DNA of 33,198 nt, from assembly GCA_030624785.1 (NCBI GenBank), contig JAUXJK010000001.1:1-33198 (forward strand). The letters are read 5' to 3'. Origin of the DNA: Actinomycetes bacterium (GTDB taxonomy: Bacteria > Actinomycetota > Thermoleophilia > Gaiellales > Gaiellaceae). The notes beneath the pieces were generated by a model. That model saw only the letters and a program-made list of their open reading frames with translations, did no database searches and was not told the DNA's origin. Positions 28,697 to 33,198 of the stretch are shown here, piece after piece; the stretch's first letter is position 1, and every line of letters starts with the position of its first letter. The translations under genes were made by a program, and so were the position numbers.

Positions 28697-29986
28697 CTAG
28701 GCCTGATGAGATTCGGCGATCGTGCCCGACCCGACCACCGCGTCGGCGACGTAGATCACAGCGAGTTGTCCCGGCGCAACAGCCTCTACTGGCTCATCGA
28801 GTTCGAGGTCAAAACCGCCACCTCGACGAGTCACCGCGGCAGCCACAGCCGGCGAGCGATACCTCAGCTTCGCATCGCCTCGCAGATCAGCCGTGTGCAG
28901 AACGCCGCGATCGCAGCTCACCCTCCGGCAGGCCAGGCTCTCGCGAGGTCCAACACGTACCGTGCCCGTCCCCGGATCGGTGCTGAGTACGTAGAGGGCC
29001 TTCCCGCCACCGCCCAGTCCCAGTCCACGTCGCTGACCGGGAGTGAACCGCCAGAAACCTTCGTGCTGACCGACCTCGTGTCCCGTCTCGTCGACGAGAG
29101 TCCCCGGCTTCTGGCCCACGCCGTAGCGTTCAAGGAAGTCGCGATAGTCGGCGCCGCCGAGGAAACATGCCTCCTGGCTCTCGGGCTTGCGCGCCGCGCT
29201 CAGTCCCACCTCTTCAGCGTGTTCGCGATTGTTGCGCTTCAGGGTGTCGCCGAGCGGGAACCACAAACGCTCGATCTCTGTCGGAGTGAGTCCAGCGAGC
29301 ATGTACGACTGATCCTTCGTTTCATCCCGGCCTCGAGCGAGCAGTTTCATTCCGTCGCGTTCAACGATCCGTGCGTAGTGGCCGGTAGCAAGTCGGCTCG
29401 CGCCGATTCGTCGCGCAAATTGATCGAGTTCGGCGAACCGGAAATTGGCGTTGCAGCGCACGCATGGGTTGGGCGTGACACCGCTCGTATATCCGGTGAC
29501 GAACGGGTCGACAACTGCCTTGCGAAATGCTTCGCGAAGGTCAAGCGTGATATGCGGAACCCCACGAGCGTGACAGAGATCACGCGCGGCACGGACGGAG
29601 CTCGGTGAGCAGCAGGCTCGTTCCGTATCAGGCGCGCGGGGGTCGACCCAGAGCCGAAGGGTGACCCCCACTGCGTCGTGGCCAGATGCGAGTGCACTGT
29701 GAAGCGCCATGGCGCTATCGACACCCCCGCTCATTGCTACGGCAGTGCGCCCTTCCGAGCTCGGCGCGTGGACCGACTGTCCAATGGCTGCATGCAGCGC
29801 CTCGAGTGCGAGCGTTTCTCCGGGAGTCGCTGCCGCTTCGAGCAGCGTCATCCCGCGGACATCGCCGGCGAGATCACCAACACCGTGCCCCTCCCCGGTC
29901 ATAGACACGATCAGTTGTTCGTCCACCTCAAGGCGCAGCCACGCGTAGTCAGCGCCGAGTGTGGCATCTCCAAATAGTTGCGTCAC
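28697..29986 (-). CDS. mnmA: tRNA 2-thiouridine(34) synthase MnmA with an ~80-aa N-terminal extension
   Basis: PP-loop VAMSGGVDSAMA begins ~83 aa into the ORF. Also present: catalytic Cys regions CCSP and NPCVRCN, and the C-terminal barrel. The GTG 29986 start is supported by TACGGT 6 nt upstream and by a codon-position GC pattern (GC1 ~80, GC2 ~47, GC3 ~65 by hand) across the extension. Confidence 0.88.
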   Translation of the reverse strand: MTQLFGDATLGADYAWLRLEVDEQLIVSMTGEGHGVGDLAGDVRGMTLLEAAATPGETLALEALHAAIGQSVHAPSSEGRTAVAMSGGVDSAMALHSALASGHDAVGVTLRLWVDPRAPDTERACCSPSSVRAARDLCHARGVPHITLDLREAFRKAVVDPFVTGYTSGVTPNPCVRCNANFRFAELDQFARRIGASRLATGHYARIVERDGMKLLARGRDETKDQSYMLAGLTPTEIERLWFPLGDTLKRNNREHAEEVGLSAARKPESQEACFLGGADYRDFLERYGVGQKPGTLVDETGHEVGQHEGFWRFTPGQRRGLGLGGGGKALYVLSTDPGTGTVRVGPRESLACRRVSCDRGVLHTADLRGDAKLRYRSPAVAAAVTRRGGGFDLELDEPVEAVAPGQLAVIYVADAVVGSGTIAESHQA

Positions 29987-29992
29987 GAGTCC

Positions 29993-29998
29993 ACCGTA
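29993..29998 (-). promoter_or_regulatory. Candidate -10 hexamer TACGGT, 6 nt upstream of the mnmA GTG
   Basis: The minus strand reads TACGGT-GGACTC-GTG. Confidence 0.4.
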
Positions 29999-30065
29999 GC
30001 TGGCGGTGAGCGACGTCCGGAATACCGCGAACTCAGTCGTCGCGATACGTATGGGGCTGGAGGCC

Positions 30066-30710
30066 CTAGTGGCGCTCGAGGTCGACGGTGAACTCGGAGG
30101 TTTCCACCGTTCGAAAACGATCTGCCGCGAGTCGCTGCGAGCGGCGCACGATCTCGGCTCCCTGAGCTCTCGACCATTCCAGCGTGTGTTCAGCTTCGCC
30201 TCGGGCGTGCCTCACCAGCTCTGCCGCGTCGGCTTGGGCGCGCTCTAGGACGCGATCGGTTTCATCCTGAGAGGAGGCACCGTTGCGCTCAACTCTCTTC
30301 AACTCGGTATCGAGATTGCGACTGGACGAACCGGCGAACTTGCGTCGGCCGAGCTCCCGCGCTTCGACGCAATCGAGGAACTCGACGATCTCGGCATGAA
30401 TCGAGCCAACGTCGTGCGCTCGGCGAGAAGGTCCGGCGCCCGAAACTGACGCAGCGTTGCTGGAGGGCTCAACGGGCCAGGGCCGTCCAGGATGGGCAAC
30501 GTCCAGGATCGCAACGCGCCCGTCAGTTGCTGAATCGGGCGTGGAAAGAGGCCGGGCGTCGATCGCCGGACTCTGGTCACGGACTGGCGCGGGCGCCGAT
30601 TTGCCGGCGATCCGTCGAACTACGGCACGTAGCCGGAGGCGAACGACCACGAGGCGGGATCCCACAAGCACGACTACCCGATCTGTCGGATCGCTACTGC
30701 AGTCAAGCAA
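30066..30710 (-). CDS. Hypothetical protein; only the C-terminal ~110 aa (helical/coiled-coil-like) look convincingly coding, and the start is unresolved
   Basis: Longest ORF in the 764-nt aspS-mnmA interval. It has no in-frame ATG. Candidate starts are TTG 30710, GTG 30671/30665/30650 and TTG 30302. The C-terminal part (EIVEFLD...ERAQADAAELVRHARGEAEHTLEWSRAQGAEIVRRSQ) has GC3 of ~71%. The 5' half has GC3 of ~62%, about background. Confidence 0.35.
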   Translation of the reverse strand: MLDCSSDPTDRVVVLVGSRLVVVRLRLRAVVRRIAGKSAPAPVRDQSPAIDARPLSTPDSATDGRVAILDVAHPGRPWPVEPSSNAASVSGAGPSRRAHDVGSIHAEIVEFLDCVEARELGRRKFAGSSSRNLDTELKRVERNGASSQDETDRVLERAQADAAELVRHARGEAEHTLEWSRAQGAEIVRRSQRLAADRFRTVETSEFTVDLERH

Positions 30711-30749
30711 TCCCCCGAAAGGGTGAGACGAGCTATCGGCAGGGGGATT
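30709..30749 (-). repeat. 8-bp inverted repeat (AATCCCCC ... GGGGGATT) with a 25-nt loop, directly after the aspS stop
   Basis: Read directly: 30709-30716 pairs with 30742-30749. An alternative small hairpin CCC-GAAA-GGG lies at 30714-30723. The sequence that follows is only T-interspersed, not a clean U-tract. Confidence 0.5.
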
Positions 30750-30750
30750 T

Positions 30751-32523
30751 CTAGGTGGAGTCGGACTGCTCAGCTTCTAGAGCAGCAGCGGTGTCGCTAT
30801 GTAGCTTGATTCCAAGCTCCTCAAACTGCTCGTGCTCGATCGGCGCCGGCGCCCCGCTCATCGGGTCGACACCCGATTGGTTCTTCGGGAACGCGATGAC
30901 GTCGCGCAGGTTGGGCTCACCCTCCAGCGCCATCAACATCCGCTCGATGCCAAACGCGATCCCGCCATGAGGCGGCGCACCCATCGCCAGGGCGTCAAGC
31001 AGGAAGCCAAACTTCGAGCGTTGCTCTTCCGGGCTGAGCTGCAGAGCGGCGAAAACGCGCTCCTGAAGGTCCGGCTCGTGGATTCGAAACGAGCCCCCGC
31101 CGATCTCAATCCCGTTGACGACCAGGTCGTATGCATCCGCCAACGCCTCTCCTGGAGCACTCGCGAGCCGATCCTCTGTCTCCGCCGTGGGTCGCGTAAA
31201 CGGGTGGTGCATCGCGTTCCAGCGTTCTGCATCAGCGTCCCAGTCGAGCAGAGGGAACTCGGTGATCCAGACGAAGCGAAACACGTCCTCGTCGATGAGC
31301 CCGAGCTCTGCTCCCAGGTGCAAGCGAAGCTGTCCGAGCACGCGAGCTACCGCTCCGGGCTCGTCTGCACCGAAGATGACGGTCGCCGGCTCGCTCGGGC
31401 GAACGGCGTCGATCTCCTCCGCGGACAGAAACTTGGTGATCGGCGATCGCGGTTCATCCGCACCATCGAAGACGAGATACGCGAGGCCCTTCGCGCCGTG
31501 TTCCTTGGCACGTTCCTCGAGCTTGGCAAGCTCGCCCCGCGACAGGGCTCCCGGGATGGTGAGGTAGCGCACGCATGGCGCCTTTCCGAAAACACCAAAC
31601 TCCGATCCGCGAGTCATCTCGGTCGCGTCCTGAATCTCAAGTCGGAACCGAAGATCCGGCTTGTCGCTCCCGAAGCGCAACTGTGCATCCGCGTATGTCA
31701 GTCGCTCGAACGGAGCCGCGATATCGATGCCGCCGCAGGACTGCCAAACCGCCTGAATCATCCGCTCCATGAGCGCGAACAGATCCTCCTGGTCAGGGAA
31801 CGCAAGCTCGACATCGAGCTGCGTGATCTCCTGAACTCGATCGGCGCGAAGATCCTCGTCACGGAAACAGATCGCGATCTGGTAGTAACGGTCGAACCCT
31901 GAGATCACTAGAAGCTGTTTGAGAATCTGGGGCGACTGAGGGAGCGCAAAGAACCGGCCCTGGCGTAGACGACTCGGAACCACGAAGTCGCGGGCGCCCT
32001 CCGGTGTCGGCTTGAACAGGATCGGAGTCTGAATATCTAGGAAGCCAGCCTCCTCCATGATTCGACGAATCGTTCCAACGAGTTTGGCGCGGGTTCTGAT
32101 CATGCGCTGCATCTTGGGGCGACGCAGATCTAGCCACCGGTAGCGCAGCCGCAGTGTCTCGTCTACTCCCTCCTCGTCGAGCTGAAATGGCAGCGGTGTC
32201 GAGCGCGAGACGATCTCGAGTGTGTCGGCCTGAAGCTCAACTTCTCCGGTCGGAATATCAGGATTGACTGCCTCCGGATCGCGCGGAACGAGCTCTCCAC
32301 TGACCCGAACGACAAACTCGTTCCGGAGCTGATGCGCGAGCGTCGCCGCCTCGGCGCTGCGTTCAGGGTTGACCACGATCTGGCAGATACCAGCACCGTC
32401 ACGCAGATCGACAAACACGAGACCACCGTGGTCACGGCGGGTATCGACCCAGCCAGAAAGCGTCAGCCGCTCACCAACGTTTGAAGGTCGCGGATCGCCG
32501 CACATCATGTCCCGCCAGGTCAT
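30751..32523 (-). CDS. aspS: Aspartate--tRNA ligase (bacterial type with GAD insertion domain)
   Basis: OB-fold N-terminus LSGWVDTRRDHGGLVFVDLRD. Motif 2 CFRDEDLRADRVQEITQLD. Also GGGSFRIH. Motif 3 GGIAFGIERM. 590 aa. The ATG overlaps the hisS stop (ATGA). Confidence 0.97.
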   Translation of the reverse strand: MTWRDMMCGDPRPSNVGERLTLSGWVDTRRDHGGLVFVDLRDGAGICQIVVNPERSAEAATLAHQLRNEFVVRVSGELVPRDPEAVNPDIPTGEVELQADTLEIVSRSTPLPFQLDEEGVDETLRLRYRWLDLRRPKMQRMIRTRAKLVGTIRRIMEEAGFLDIQTPILFKPTPEGARDFVVPSRLRQGRFFALPQSPQILKQLLVISGFDRYYQIAICFRDEDLRADRVQEITQLDVELAFPDQEDLFALMERMIQAVWQSCGGIDIAAPFERLTYADAQLRFGSDKPDLRFRLEIQDATEMTRGSEFGVFGKAPCVRYLTIPGALSRGELAKLEERAKEHGAKGLAYLVFDGADEPRSPITKFLSAEEIDAVRPSEPATVIFGADEPGAVARVLGQLRLHLGAELGLIDEDVFRFVWITEFPLLDWDADAERWNAMHHPFTRPTAETEDRLASAPGEALADAYDLVVNGIEIGGGSFRIHEPDLQERVFAALQLSPEEQRSKFGFLLDALAMGAPPHGGIAFGIERMLMALEGEPNLRDVIAFPKNQSGVDPMSGAPAPIEHEQFEELGIKLHSDTAAALEAEQSDST

Positions 32524-33198
32524 TGCAACCTCTCTTCGAGCAACGCAGCCAGCTCGCCTTTATCGTTGACCACTACGTCTTCTTGCCCGCGCTCACGCAC
32601 CACGATTTGGCTCGCCTCGCATACCACGATGAGCCGCGCACCTAGCCGAGACGCCTGGGTCATCTGTCCTTTCAGAGAGCGATGAGCGTAGTCGGTCTCG
32701 CAGACCCACGTCCGTCGCAGCACGTTCATGAGCGTGAGAATGTCTGACCGATCGGTTGCATCAGCGAACACAAAGAAAACGTCGATCGAGCCAGGCTCTC
32801 CGGCACGAATCTCGCGTTGTTCCAGCGCCAGTACGATCCGCTCTACGCCGGCCGCGAATCCGACAGCCGAAGTCGCCTTTCCGCCAAGCTCCTCGATGAG
32901 CCCGTCATAGCGGCCGCCGGCACAGATCGTGCTTTGCGCGGCGTCGAGCTCCTCGTCGACAAACTCGAACACAGTGCGCGTGTAGTAATCGAGTCCTCGC
33001 ACCAGTCGTGGCGCATCGGAGTACGTGACCCCAAGCGCGTCGAGAAATCGGCGAACTTCGTCGAAGTGCTCGCGACAGCCCGTGCAGAGATGGTCACCGA
33101 TCAGCGGGGCCTGCGCAAGCCGGGTCCGAAGCTTCTCGTTCTTCGTATCGAAAACGCGCAGCGGGCTGACTCGCGCCTTTCCACGCGCATCCTCGTCG
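32520..33198 (-). CDS. hisS: Histidine--tRNA ligase (C-terminal part; 5' end lies beyond the window)
   Basis: My translation shows the frame stays open to the window edge: ...NPLRVFDTKNEKLR...LCTGCREHFDEVRRFLDALGVTYSDAPRLVRGLDYYTRTVFEF...GGRYDGL...GFAAGVERI, followed by the anticodon-binding domain. The track ORF start at 33002 is an internal GTG. Confidence 0.93.
   Translation of the reverse strand, partial: DEDARGKARVSPLRVFDTKNEKLRTRLAQAPLIGDHLCTGCREHFDEVRRFLDALGVTYSDAPRLVRGLDYYTRTVFEFVDEELDAAQSTICAGGRYDGLIEELGGKATSAVGFAAGVERIVLALEQREIRAGEPGSIDVFFVFADATDRSDILTLMNVLRRTWVCETDYAHRSLKGQMTQASRLGARLIVVCEASQIVVRERGQEDVVVNDKGELAALLEERLQ

Overview
High-GC, very gene-dense window (about 95% coding, GC in the 60s % by eye). 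29 of the 32 CDS called lie on the minus strand and are tightly packed or overlapping. The content is almost entirely core housekeeping. Order along the minus-strand direction of transcription: hisS(partial)-aspS, orphan ORF, mnmA, DUF948, alaS, [plus-strand secreted protein], ruvX-mltG-aroE, aroC-aroK/B-aroQ-pepP, efp-(BCCP fusion)-accC-nusB-xseB-ispA, tlyA-nadK-recN, pyrG-M20 peptidase-ald, deoB-pdp-mutM-S58 peptidase, then a convergent glutaredoxin. This order matches two known arrangements: the actinobacterial tlyA-ppnK-recN...pyrG and aroE-mltG-ruvX-alaS-DUF948 clusters, and the Bacillus-type aroQ-pepP-efp...accB-accC-nusB...xseB-ispA...recN cluster. The source is therefore probably a deep-branching Actinomycetota-like organism (inference). 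I found no rRNA, tRNA, CRISPR array, IS or transposase, integrase, or recognisable defence or toxin system. I cannot point to a clear new multi-gene system. The items most worth a second look are: (1) a PycB/OadA-type carboxyltransferase domain whose metal-site residues appear substituted, fused to a complete AccB-type BCCP in the accB slot; (2) an opposite-strand secreted lamin-tail-domain/cadherin-like/RTX protein inserted into the conserved alaS-ruvX cluster; (3) a recurrent TANNNT hexamer 6-7 nt (9 nt at ruvX) upstream of nine start codons, suggesting leaderless mRNAs; (4) an ~80-aa N-terminal extension on MnmA that looks like a Cys-less IscU/SufU fragment; (5) an ATG-less orphan ORF with an inconsistent coding signal; and (6) a 49-aa membrane-protein ORF below the ORF-track cutoff. 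Several ORF-track starts are over-extended and were trimmed using homolog N-termini, stop/start overlaps and the -10 pattern.
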